Of a DNA stretch of 64,000 nt, positions 51,725 through 63,741 are shown piece by piece. Each line of letters begins with the position of its first letter. The first letter of the stretch is position 1. The position numbers and the translations under genes were made by a program. The DNA comes from Camelus dromedarius (lineage: Eukaryota). The DNA is taken from positions 17,734,001-17,798,000 of the forward strand of contig NC_087437.1 of NCBI RefSeq assembly GCF_036321535.1. Reading direction: 5' to 3'. The notes under the pieces are model-generated. The model was not told the DNA's origin. It was given only the letters and a program-made list of their open reading frames with translations, and made no database searches.

Positions 51725-52189
51725 TTGGGGTGGGGGAGGGAAAAGGAGAGGGGGAATATGAGTGAGTGTGGAGGGAGGAGGAGAAAATGAAAGGATATTA
51801 TATATTTTTTTGTATCTGTCATTTCCCTGCTATCTCCCATATGACTTCTTAATCCATCAGAATGCTGGGAAGATAATGTTTTGGGCGAAATAACATGAGA
51901 GAGAGGATAGACTCCCAAGGACCAATATCTTTATTGCTCGGAGGATAAACGGATTATGTCAGCCATTTTCTGTTGCTGACAGCTTTTCTTATTAACCGAT
52001 TTTATTTTTTAATCTTCCGGGGAAGAAATATGGTTTTATGTCACAATAAAACGCCGGTCACATCTAATTCTGCCCTCAAACAAACAGATTTCTGAAAGCC
52101 TTGCAGAGAAATTTGAAATAACTTTAAAGAGGGGGTTTTTGGATAAAGTCTTTATCCAGGGGCTTGTTCAACGGTAGTGTAAAAGGTTT

Positions 52190-52277
52190 AGAGAGAGAGG
52201 AGAGGAGAGAGAGAGAGAGGGAGAGAGGGAGGCAGAAGGGAAGAGGGAGAGAAGAAAAGGCAGAGAAAGGGAGACAG
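52190..52277. repeat. GA-rich polypurine tract
   Basis: agagagagaggagaggagagagagagagagggagagagggaggcagaaggg... Confidence 0.9.
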
Positions 52278-53324
52278 ACCCACACGGCTGTTTGGCTTGG
52301 TGATCTCTCTTCCAACACACCCCAGCAGAGTCAGGAAAACGCAGTTTGGATTAAAGAGGCACGGAAGGTGAGCAGAGGGACGGCGGTCTCCTCGGGGGGC
52401 TCCAGGTGTGGGAAGCAGCTACTTAGGACCCCCACCCCTGAAACAGACACTTGGTCCCCAGTTTTTCTGGAACCCTTAGGAGTTGATGGTATGTCTTTCA
52501 GGAGTCCTAAACAAATCAGTGGGAGTCCTGGGAGGCAGATGGAGCTCAGAGGCAATTCTGGTCTTTTCCCCATGATCCCTGTGCCAGCAGATTTCAACCT
52601 GCTTGAGGATATAGGTTCCATGCTACCCCCACCAAGAAAACCTTCCGTCAGACACCCCAGACAGCTCTGGCTGTGGCTCGCTCCTGGAGGCCTGTAGCAA
52701 GCACATAACCATCCCTAATATGACAAACCACTCGTTTCTTCTCGTCTGTGTGGCACAGAGCAATTTAGTCAGACAGGGCCCCTGCCCACCAGGGGCTCAG
52801 CCCAGCAAGCATCCTTCATTTGTGCCTCTGGCTTTGCTCGGTGCCCCACTCACTGCAGACCTACCCCACGATTGATATTGATGGCTGGGCCCTGCCAGCA
52901 AGTGTTGCTGACGGAGCGCACTTTAAGAATCTGTTAAAAAGAAATCACTTGGATTTCCTAAGGCGTGGTGGACGTCAGAGAAACTGGCTCTCCAAAAAAG
53001 CATTTAGAAACCCGGGACGGTCTGGGCACTTAACACTTGCCCCAGCCAGCTGCGAGGAAAGCGAGATTCTGAGGAAAGGGCTGAGCCAAACCTTTACCTG
53101 CGGGCCAGAAGTGGATTTTCCTGCCTTATTTCTTTACGTGAAGAGACAGGGAAGAAGTAGAAATGGAGCGAGACAGGTCATCTGAGGTCTTTCCATCCTG
53201 CAGCAAAATGAGGGTACGAGCCCTGAACCAGTGAAGCAGGAGGGGTCTCCGGGCGATTTTGACCTAAAACAAGCCCAGACTACCAGGAAGTGCTTTTGAC
53301 TCTAAGCTGTGATTTTAAAAAAAT

Positions 53325-53697
53325 TTTTTTATTTTTATTATTTAAAAAGATCGTATACAATTTTTTGTATGCACTCCATTTACAGTTATACAAAACGTTG
53401 GCTATATTCCTCATGCTGTACAATACATCCTTGTGGCCTATCTTACACTCAGTCGTTTGCCTCCCGGTCTCCCTGTGTTGCTCCTCCCTACCCCCACCAC
53501 CCCCACACCCTGGTCTCTTCTTTCCATCTGTGAGCCTGCTTCTTTTTTGTTACATTCCTTAGCTTGTTGTATTTGTTTCAGATTCCACATAAAAGTGACA
53601 TCATACAGTATTTGTCTTTCTCTGTCTGACTTATTTTGCTTAGCCTAATGCCTTCTAAGTCTATCCACGTTGCTGCAAAAGGCAAAATTTCATTCTT
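53325..53697 (-). mobile_element. L1 3' end (artiodactyl-type), antisense
   Basis: ttggctatattcctcatgctgtacaatacatccttg...agattccacataaaagtgacatcatacagtatttgtctttctctgtctgactt. Confidence 0.85.
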
Positions 53698-54024
53698 AAA
53701 AAATATTTTTTAAATGCATCAGTCTCCAGTGAACAGCTTTATTGGCTTTGACATATGTGTATACCGGTGTGACCAACACTCCAATTGACAGAACATCTCT
53801 AGCAACGAATGATCTACGAATGGTGTCCCTGCGGCTCTGCTCTGCACCGTCTGTGGGGACATCGAGGTGGTCCAGCGGCAGCCCTGGTGAGGGGACTGTG
53901 GCAGACAGGTAATGAGCAGATCACCTGGGGTGGTAATGACAGCTACTGTATTTTGCTTTTCAGTTTACCGACCGTTTTTCATGTACGTTTTCTTAGCCCA
54001 TTGTTCCAGATGATGAAGCTAATG

Positions 54025-54270
54025 GTATCAGTATCATCAGGAACAGCAATGATCCCAAACACTGCTGCGTGTTCACTTCATGCCAAGCAAGTATGTCATT
54101 ACATGTAATCTTTTCAACAACCCTTTACCACTGGTACCATTTTATAGACGAAGAAACTAAAGCAAGGAGAGGTTAAGTCACTTGCCCAATGTGCTCGCTT
54201 CGGCAGCACATATACTAAAGTCACTTGCCCAAGATCACACAAGCAAATGTTAGAGCCTGAGAATCAGCCT
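54025..54270 (-). mobile_element. MIR SINE interrupted by a U6 fragment
   Basis: attttatagacgaagaaactaaagcaaggagaggttaagtcacttgcccaa[...]gatcacac. Confidence 0.85.
54191..54219 (+). pseudogene. RNU6: 3'-truncated (tailless) U6 snRNA retropseudogene, U6 nt 1-29
   Basis: GTGCTCGCTTCGGCAGCACATATACTAAA matches the U6 5' end; TSD aagtcacttgcccaa at 54175-54189 and 54218-54232. Confidence 0.95.
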
Positions 54271-54459
54271 CTAGAAACTGCTTTTCACAAAATCCATGAG
54301 GCCCAGAAAGGCCGTATTAACAAAGGTCACACAGCCAAGTCAATGGCGGATCCGGATCCTGTACAAAGCTTTTTAAGCCTGTCTCAACTTACCCTTCAGC
54401 CTCATTCTCACTCTCCGCCCCACCCTGTACACCTACCAATCTGTGCCTCAGCCCCACAG

Positions 54460-54760
54460 GGCTAGTCATTGGTCTCTGTGTCTTTGAACATGGTCTTTCT
54501 TCATCGCCTGTTGGGCATATCTCACTCATCCTTCAAGGCTGAGCTCCATGAAGACCTCTTCAGTGAACCCCCATGACTGCCCACGTGTGTGGTTTGCTCC
54601 CTTCTCGGTATCCTTTATCTGCCCTACTCATCCCTTTGTTCTGTACTTGCCTTTCCCAGCAGACTATGAGCCCCTAAGAGCAGAGACTATTTTGTCCCCA
54701 TTTCCGGTGCCTGGTTCCATGCCTGCCTAAGTGCTTAGCTGAGTGGTTTTTCACTAAACT
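54460..54760 (+). mobile_element. LINE-2 3' part
   Basis: actcatccttcaaggctgagctc...agactatgagcccctaagagcagagact. Confidence 0.65.
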
Positions 54761-55879
54761 ATATTAAGACTTATATCAAAGACAGGCTGATGTCTATGGC
54801 GAGCCTCTGGTTTCTGCTTCACCACTTGAAACCCACGGCTCTGAGTCATTGGCACCAGGTGGTGGCAGTGTGCATAGTTTCGGAGTTCCTTCTCCAAGAG
54901 TAAGTGGTAACTTTTCAGAAATGTTTAGAATTGCTAAAATTCCAGACCAGATGTTACCAAAAAATGTCTTGATGCAAGGTGACTTTTATTCACAATTTTG
55001 TAACAAAAAGAATGCAGTCTCACCTGTTTGGCATCATCAAGGACCCACCTTCTGCCGATGAACCTTTTACCTAGATTTTCCAATGCGGGTCGGAAACTTC
55101 TTCCTAAAATACTCCATCATCATCCTGCTCTTCACTTTCACGTGAGCATCTCTGGGGCACTTTTACAATGTACTTTAATTCTGGGTTTCATAACTGACGT
55201 CCCACATACACGATTCTATAGGAATTAATAGGTAATTGAGAGAAAGAGAGAAGGGGTGGGGGACAAGGTCATACAAACATGGGAAACGCTGTTTAAATTG
55301 ATTTCTGGAGAGCAGTACTTCACAGAATCTCTACTAGGAAGTGTTTCCTTTATTTATTAAAATAAGAAAACCACTTTGTAAAGGCTCCAATTAACATCTC
55401 CTCTAATACTATGCCTGTTCATAAGTTGCTAAGCATTCTTCAACTCTGAAGCCTAAACATCCTTGACTCATTTTCCAACACAAAATATATTTCTAATTGA
55501 TGTTTTCATATATAAGACAATGTTGACTACAATCTGCTTTGGGTTGTGTGGTCTTCGAGGACTGGAAAGTCTCAGACTTCATTAGAAATGTCACTATATA
55601 TTGTGGGACCCTCATGAACACCTGTTGACTGGCAGGTGGTGGAAGCTGGGTCTTCATGATGACCTAGAAGGGAATCTGCTGCGAGGATGACCGACTGTCG
55701 ACACAGACTCTGGTCCCATGGCATGGGGTCAGGCAGAAGCCAGACATCTTAGGCCATGAGCACAGTGGCCGGGCAAATGTGAAGAGAACCTTTGATGCAT
55801 TTACAGCAGGGAGAATTATTTGGGCTTTTTTCAAAGACTGAGATGCAGATAGAGGGCTGTCGCTAGGTTCTCCTGCACG

Positions 55880-56070
55880 TGACCCTGAAACTCAACAGTT
55901 CATAAGTGCATCATTGCTTGAGAGCTTCAGTTTTCTTCTCTGTTAGAACAGGCAGGATCAGGGTAACAGTGCTATTTCACAGGGTTATTGAGATGACTGA
56001 GTGAGATAATGTTTTGAAAGCAGACAAGTGTAGGGCTGGGCATGTAATAAGTATTCAGTAAAAGGGGACG
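55880..56070 (+). mobile_element. MIR SINE
   Basis: agcttcagttttcttctctgt...cacagggttattgagatgactgagtgagataatg. Confidence 0.7.
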
Positions 56071-56179
56071 CATTAAAAGTCACAATAATAATAGTAGTGA
56101 TCATAAAAAAGTTTGTGCACTGCATGCATTGTTTGGATCTGTGTGTATGTGTGTGTGTGTTGTATATACATGCTCCAAA

Positions 56180-56370
56180 CTACAACATAATGTTGTGATT
56201 AAAAGGGCAAGGTCTCAGAGGCATCTGAATTGGAATTCTGATTTTGACATTTGCTTGTTTTGTAGACCTTGGGAAACTTATTTAACCTCTTTCAGCCTTA
56301 TTGTCCTGACTTTAAATGGAAGTCGAGATAGGAACCCCCTCAAAGGACTTTTTGAGGATTAAAAAAATTA
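56180..56370 (+). mobile_element. MIR SINE
   Basis: tgtagaccttgggaaacttatttaacctctttcagcctt. Confidence 0.7.
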
Positions 56371-56785
56371 TACAATCATCTTAAAAGATACTGAGGAGGA
56401 AATTAATAAAACTCAGCATGTATTTTGTATTGAAAGTAAGAAAAGTTAGAGTTTTTTTCCCTTAACATGACAAAGAGTGTTCATTAAAATAAGGCATTGA
56501 GGCTACTCAGAATGCCTCAGTCTCACAAACCACATTCCCCAGTCAATTAAGGAAAAGGAGAAACGTGCACATTACTAATGAAGAATAAAACAACAGATAT
56601 AAATACACTTGAAACACTCAATAAACTGGATACTTCCCTAGCACAAGATTAAGTGATTACAATTTACCTGATTAGAGGTAGAAAACCTTAATAACTACGA
56701 AAGAAGAGGCGAAAATTTTTATTATTTGCAGTAATGACTGTCCCTTTAGAAAACCCAAAAGGATAAAAAAAAACAAAAAACTGTT

Positions 56786-56926
56786 AACCACACTGATGAG
56801 GGATGCTGAGGGTAGGGGAGTATATACGTGTGGGTGGGGAGCGCTATGTGGGAACTCTGTATTTTCTGTTCAGTTCTGTTGTGAACCTGAAACTGCTGTA
56901 AAATAATAAAATATATTTCAAAAAAA
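56786..56926 (+). mobile_element. L1MB/MC-type 3' end
   Basis: tatgtgggaactctgtattttctgttcagttctgttgtgaacctgaaactgctgtaaaataataaa. Confidence 0.75.
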
Positions 56927-58479
56927 CTATTCTGAATTTTTAAAAGTGGCTTTTTGAACTTTAATTCTCTACATAGCTCTTCTTTATAAACTACACAAAA
57001 CATCAGTAGCTTTCTTATAATTCAACAAAGACCAGTTAAAGGTAGAACTTAAAAGAACCCTTGGGTAGGATAGTAGCAGAGAAGGTGTTGATAAGTAAAT
57101 GGATTCAGGCTATATTTTGATAGAAATGTGAGATAACTTATTGTTAGAGTGCATGGGGAAACAGAGACTATAATTTTAATCAATGATAAGCTGTACAGAA
57201 CCATATGGACTGGACAGTACCAAAGACTCCTTTTTGAAAAATGTCAGTCCTCCCCACATTAACCTATAACTTTAACTGAAAAAAAAAATCCTAATGTTCA
57301 CAGGAGAACTCTGGTTTATGCAACTGATCAGAGGTATTTACATCTCCTTCCCCCCAAAGCTTATTGAAATAACAGAGGAAAATATTTCACAGTATTTCTG
57401 GAATTTTACAAAGCTATAAGAGGTACCAAAGCTGTAACAGCACATTAGAAAATCAAGAAATTATTGTAAAATGTAAAGTAAAAAAAAATCAGATTGATGG
57501 AAATACTCAACAGAGTTGAAGAATCCACAATTAAATGCAAGAGAAAAAGATTTCCAAAATAGTGACTATGCCCAGAAAAAGTCCCAGATCAGAGATTGGG
57601 GTTGGGGGGCAAGAACAGAAAGCAGGATGTTTAATTACAGAGTTATGAGTGGCTGCTCTTTGTTCCCAGAGTGTCTGCTTACAGCATCTGTTACTTGGTG
57701 AAATCCTTGAGTGGAGTTATTTAAACCCTGCAGGAGATTTTCCACTGTAGATGTCAGAAGTGGGTGTTGAGGCTGGAGAAAGCAGCAGGGCTAGGCAGCT
57801 GCAGCCCGCGACCTGCCAGAGAAGAGCATGTGTGTCCTGAGGCCAACTCAGGGCAAGAAAGGAGCCAGGAGCCCTGAGGGGCTGAGCGAGCTCAGGCAGT
57901 GCCGACTTCCATTCTCATCCTCAGACAGGCACAGCCTCCTCCTGTGTGGAGGCGTTAGCAAGAGGCGAAGAGAGAGGATAGGAGCTATTACCAAAAAAAC
58001 CAATATTTATTTGAATAAGTAAATAAAATTAAAATGGCAAATAGCAAAATACAGCACACAGAAGATTAAACGCGAGGAAAACCATTCTTCAAACAAATGA
58101 CACCAACAAAGGGTGAGCACTGTCTATGGCACGAAGAGCCAACTTGCTGCTGAGAGAAAAATAAGCAAACTTCCTGGTTCACTCTGCTTGAGATGTGCTT
58201 CCTCTGGGCAAAGATCATAAAGCTGATTCCCCTCCTCTCAGATTGCAGCCCAGACGCCACCTTCACTGACCAAGCTGTCTGCAGCATCCACCCAGTCACT
58301 TCTATTATGCCACCCCTAGTTTTAATTTTCTGCACACCTCTTACCATTAGCTGTTACCATTCTTACTTTTTCTTATGTGTCGTCTTCTACTCACCTGTGT
58401 TAGAATAGAAATTTTATGAGGGCAGGAATATTGTCTTGTTTATAACTGTTTCTCCTGCATCTAGAATTCTTTACCTAGC

Positions 58480-60918
58480 TAAAACATCTTTCTAAAATGA
58501 TGCTGAGATGACTCTTGGAGATGTATCAAAGCTCAAAGAATTTGTCAACAGCAGACTTACATTATGAGAACTCTTCAAGTTTTTCAGGCAGAAAGAAAAA
58601 TGATGGTCAGAGGAAGATCTGAATCTATACAAAGGGATGAAGAAATGGTATCTAATGGGTAAATAGAATACATTTTCTCTTACTATTTAAAGCTTTTTAA
58701 AAACTACCATTTAAACAACAAAAAATGAAGTGACATATGTAAAGGAAAATGTATGAAAATTATAGGACAAAGTTTGGGAGGGAAAAAGGGAAGTATACTT
58801 CCATCGGGTTCTTAGACTAGACGTGAAGCAGTGTAACACCATGTGAGAAGCAGACCATAATAAGTTAAAGATGTAGACTGTAAACCCAAGTTCTTTTCCC
58901 AAGTGGTCTTTAACTGGAACAATTTTGACTCCCTCCTCCCCTGGGGAAATATTTGGCGAAGTCTGCAGACAACGTTGATTGTCATGAATGAGGGATGTTG
59001 TTATTGTCTAGTGGGCAGAGGCCAGGGAGGCTGTCAAACATCCTACAATGCACAGCACCCCACACACAACAAGGAATTTTCTGGTCCAATAGGTCAAGAA
59101 TGCTGATGTTGAGAGACCCCACTCCAAAACCATCTCTGAAATATAAGCCAACAAAGGAAAGGCTGAATCACAGCAAATATTCAATTAATTTTTAAAAGGC
59201 AGGAAAAGAGGGAGGAAAGGATAGAAGGACAAATGGAAAATAGCAAGACAATCGTATTAATAATCATATTAAATCAATAACATGCTGCCTATGAAAAATG
59301 TCCCTTAATTATAGACACAAATAAAGAAAAATGATGGAAAAGGGTATACCATGCTAACAGTAGTAGAAAGAAACCCGGAATGACTAAATGACTATCAAAT
59401 TAAGTAGATTTCAGAGAAAAGATTATCATCACATATAAAGAAGTTCACTTCATAATGATAAAGTGGCCAATTCATCAAGAGGCCGTAACAATCTCAAATG
59501 TTTATATACCTTACAACAGAGCCTCAGAATACATGAAGCAAAAACTGATAGAACTACAGGGAGAAATAGGCAATCAACAATAATAATCAGAAATATTCAT
59601 ACGGAAGATTGAACAACATTATCAGTCAATTTGAACTAATTGACATTTGTAGACTACTCCACCCCGAAACAACAGAATGCACATTCTGTTCAAGAGTGCA
59701 CAGAGCATGCCTACATATTTGGAAACTGACACACCCTAAATAATCCATGGGTCGAACAAATAGAAAGGGAAATCAGAAAGTGTTCTGAACTGAATGAAAA
59801 CAAGAGCATATAAAATGCTGTAAAACAGTATACAGGGGTAATATTTGTAGCACTGAATGCCTACAGCGAGAAAAGAAGAAAGGTATCAAATCAGTAACCT
59901 CATCTCCCACCTTAAGAAAGTAGTAAAGGAAGAGCAAATTAAACCCAGAACAATTGAAAGAAAGGTCTCAAATCAATGGCTCAGCTTTTCTCTTAAGACA
60001 CTAGAAAATGAAGATCAAATTAAATCCGAAGTAAATAAAAGAAACAAAATAATAGAGATCACAATGGATATATAAATTAAATAAGAAAGAGAAAAAAGAA
60101 GACAGAGAAAATTAATGAAACCAAAAGCTGGTTCTTTGAGAAGATTTAAAAAATTGGTAAATGTTTAGCTAGACTGATCAAGAAGAAAAGACAAAATAAA
60201 CAGAAATACAAAATATCAGGAATAAGAGAGTTGATATTACAGATTCTACAGATATTACAAGGATACTAAGGGAACATTATGAGCATCTTTGCTGATAAAT
60301 TCAACAATTTAGGTGAAATGGACAAATTCCTTGAAAGAAACAAACTAGTTCAAACAAGAAAAAATAGATAATGCAAATAGTCCTATACCTAGTAACTAAC
60401 TGGAATTTGTAGCTAAAACACTTCCCACAAAGAAAACTTTAGACTCAGATGACTTCAGTGGTGAATCACATGGAACATATAATCCTATTTTATATTAACT
60501 CTTTCAGAAAATTAAAAAAGAGGAAATAATTTCCGACTCATTCTTTAAGGGCAGCATTATCCTGCCCCCAAAATACAAAAAGAACATCACAAGAAGACAA
60601 ATGTAGACAAATACACCTCATGAACATGAGGCAACAATTCTAAACAAATTTTAGCAAACTGAATCCCACAATATACAGAAAGCATAACACCCCATGACCG
60701 AGCGCAGTAGACCCTCGGAATGCAAAGTTGGCTTAGCATTTGAAAATGAATCAATTTAAGTTGCCATATTAAAAAGACTAAAGAGAAAAGCCATAAGATT
60801 ATCTCAACCAAGAACAAGCATTTGACAGTATCTAAATTCATGCAGAGTAATTCCCAGCAGGGTAGAAATAGAAGGAAACTTCTTTGAACTGATAAAGGAC
60901 TCTACCAAAAACTCACAG
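58480..60918 (+). mobile_element. Old LINE-1 (ORF1 end, inter-ORF, ORF2 endonuclease and linker), degenerate
   Basis: cacttcataatgataaagtggccaattcatcaagagg; aaaattaatgaaaccaaaagctggttctttgagaagat; gaaatggacaaattccttgaaaga. Confidence 0.85.
58901..59121. mobile_element. MER20 element nested in L1
   Basis: ggggaaatatttggcgaagtctgcagac...tctagtgggcagaggccagggaggctgtcaaacatcctacaatgcacagcacccc. Confidence 0.8.
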
Positions 60919-61209
60919 GGGGTGTCCCCTTCAGCCACACTTGTCTATTTGCTCTCTCCCAGACTCCATACAAGCTCCATACAATCCTCCACACAAGGAA
61001 GGACAGAAACGATATCAAGGGTCATCAGAATGTCTACGTATGGGCAACTTCTTCCTCTTCTACTTACTCGAACTCTCATTTATGCCCTTTATTTTGTTGA
61101 AATGGATTGGATTTAACAATTATATACCCAGGATTTTATTCTCTTTATGTGTCTATGTCTGCAATTCTGCTGGTTGCTATAGGTGGACAGACCATGGAAT
61201 GGCTTGAAA

Positions 61210-61385
61210 TAGTGGTTCTCAATCCAGACTATGTCACAATCACTTGTGGAATCTTCTAGATCTGTCGAATCTGAATTTCTCAAGGGAGAGCTTGCAAATC
61301 TCCCATTCTGAGACGTTCCCCAAGTAATTCTTAGGCAGGTGGCCTAGCGCCTAGACATAGACTGGCTTTTGGAAAACACCGGGTT
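61210..61385. mobile_element. MER5-like hAT element
   Basis: tagtggttctcaatccagact...gttccccaagtaattctta. Confidence 0.55.
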
Positions 61386-62069
61386 GTGGTGGCTGTTCTC
61401 CACTTTAGAATTGCCACAGCATGAGGAAACTGAAAGGAGTTAGGGAAGATCCACTCATATTTTATTTTCTAGATAAATGGAAATGATTTTTAAGAAATTA
61501 GAGTCTGTTTAAGGGACACCAAACCCACATTTCAAAAGAAATACTTCTTGGAAGACTGAATGAAAGAGACGGCATGCTGGGGAAGGACCATGGCAGCCAC
61601 AATCCTAATGGTGTACAGATGTTGTCTCTGTGAACTGGATGTCTGACGCTGACCATTCTGTGAGTACAGATGTGCAGTGTGGGCCTGAGGGGTGGGGCAT
61701 CAGGTAAGAGGATGGTCCCCCCGCGGCCACTTTAGGCTTCCCTGGATGACCCAAGCCCAACAGCAGAAACACAGGTGCTGTCCTGTTTTGCACAAATTCC
61801 CTGCATGCAGCTCCTTCAGTTCCCTTCTCTCACCACCCTCTAGACCAGCAAGGCAACAGACAACATTGCAACGCACCTACCAGACCATTCTCCCCAAGGT
61901 CTTCTCCCTCTAGGAGAAGGAGTCTCTGCCCTGAAACACCCTACTGCCCCCCTTCTTTTTCTGCCAAACAAATGCAGAGGCTCCCCATCTCCTGCAGACA
62001 GATTCTGCAGGAGGGGTTGTCACCATTGACCTAAAGGTACTGAGTCTTGCCCCTGGCCAGCAAGAACAC

Positions 62070-62220
62070 TCCATTTCATTTGCATATGAGTATGCTTATT
62101 TTATAGAAAGGAAACTGAGGATCAGAGAGGTTGGGAAACTTGCCCAAGTTCATCAGCAGTGCAGAAGTCTAACCCAGGGAAAGCAGACTCCAAAATCCAA
62201 CACCACATGCTATTTCTCCC
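62070..62220 (-). mobile_element. MIR SINE
   Basis: ttttatagaaaggaaactgaggatcagagaggttgggaaacttgcccaag. Confidence 0.8.
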
Positions 62221-63131
62221 CTCCTCCAAATAAGAGGCAGAAATATGCTGAGGTTAAAAGTGATTAATAAGGCCTTTCCTTTTAACTTTAGCAGTCCCCG
62301 GTCACTGTTAATGATTATTTCCTTGTCACTGGTTACTGGGACTCGAACTTCAACTTGCCTGCCCTTGGTCTGGGAGGAGACTTCTCTGGCTGAGCTGTTC
62401 CTGCTATGTGACTGAACTTGAGTTTTTGTGACTCTTTTCCTAAACAGATTCTCCTCGGGGCCTTTCACCCTACTGGATGAGCTGCCTCAGTTGATCTTAG
62501 TTTATAGCGTGCTGTTTTTACCTGGAGCTCCTAGCCTGCTCATCACTGTTTCTTTAACTGATTTGAATTCAGTCTTCACCCTGCTACTTCTGCCTGGTCC
62601 AAAAAGAAGGCAAAGGAGAAGAGATTTCTGCCTGCTGCCTCCTGGAATTCGGCTACATCCTTCACTTCCTATTTGGACCTGCCTGTTGGGACCACGGCTT
62701 TACAAGGGCCACCAGCCTTGCTCTGACCTCCACCTACACACTTTCCTCTCTTACACACAGTTAGTCATGAATTGGGTTCTTATTGCTTTGAGCATGGTAC
62801 GTTTCTGCTTCTGCAGGCTGTTCCAGTCCAGTGCTTAAAGAGGTCAAGTTTGTTTTCTTCCTTGTTTTTTTGTTTTTTTTTTTTTTACAGTATAGATCAG
62901 AACATCATGAGAATTAGCCTAAGCTTTGGAGTTCTCTGATGGCTATGAGATGGAAGGAGAGACCACCATTCCACAAGGCAGTAAATTCATAAGTCTGGAG
63001 TCTATTTGTACTTCTGTAATAAGTCCAAAGAAATCTATTTGCCTTAAAACATTTTTTCTTTAAGCCAAGAATTCCACTAAATAAATGGTCATGCATTTAA
63101 ATATCTGGGTGTCATACTTCCCAGGGAGAGG

Positions 63132-63548
63132 TGTATTAGGTTAGGCTAGTTTATACATCAGTAACAAAAACAGCAAAAGCTTAGTGGTTCCTAATAGTAA
63201 ATGTCTTTTTCACGCTCCTTCTGCACTGCAGGTCCAGTGCAGGGTGGCTGGGGACTCTGCACCATGAATCCTCACCTCAGGGTCCAAGCTGATGGAATAC
63301 CCAACGTCTTGAATGTTGCTGGTAGTCACCTTGAAGGAAAAGAGAGCTCTGGAAAATCGTGCCTTGGTTCTTGAAATTTCTCCCTAAAAGTGTGATATGT
63401 CACTTCCATGTCCATCTGCATTTTATTACCCAAAGGAAATCATTTGGCTACAACTAACTTCAAGGGGAAGGGGAGTACAATTCTATCATGTGCCTGGAAG
63501 TGAGGAGAACCAGAAATATTTGGTGAAATGCACCAGTAATTACCACTA
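63132..63548 (-). mobile_element. MaLR LTR (MLT1I/J-like)
   Basis: tgtattaggttaggctag...cagtaacaaa...ctaacttcaaggggaaggggagtacaattctatcatgtgcctggaag. Confidence 0.7.
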
Positions 63549-63741
63549 GAGGCTGGCATAAGAGTTAATACCTATAGACAGTGCAAAGGGTCTTACATTG
63601 GTGAAAAAATGAAAGTGATGAGCATTTTCGAGTTAGAAATAAATAGTAGACTCTGAATCAGTAAGCATCTAATTGTTCTCCACTACCTTTCACCTGTAAG
63701 CTCCTTGAGATTAGGGATTTTATCTAAATATCCTCACTGTG

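Larger units (their letters stand above)
51600..52375. promoter_or_regulatory. Candidate promoter/first-exon region, possibly bidirectional
   Basis: No transposon seen; retained CpGs; GA tract; plus-strand donor AAG|GTGAGC at 52367/52368 and minus-strand donor CAG|GTAATC at 51605/51604. Confidence 0.35.

Noticed and set aside
52164..52697. Longest ORF (177 aa)
   Set aside because: Non-ATG start, N-terminus is translated GA repeat, it reads through a strong splice donor, and there is no recognisable domain.
54191..54219. Functional U6 snRNA gene
   Set aside because: Only 29 nt, embedded in a MIR with TSDs, and no PSE/TATA or terminator context.
54849..54867. CTCF-like motif ttggcaccaggtggtggca next to an AP-1 TGAGTCA
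   Set aside because: Mismatches at core positions; cannot be supported without PWM scoring or ChIP data.
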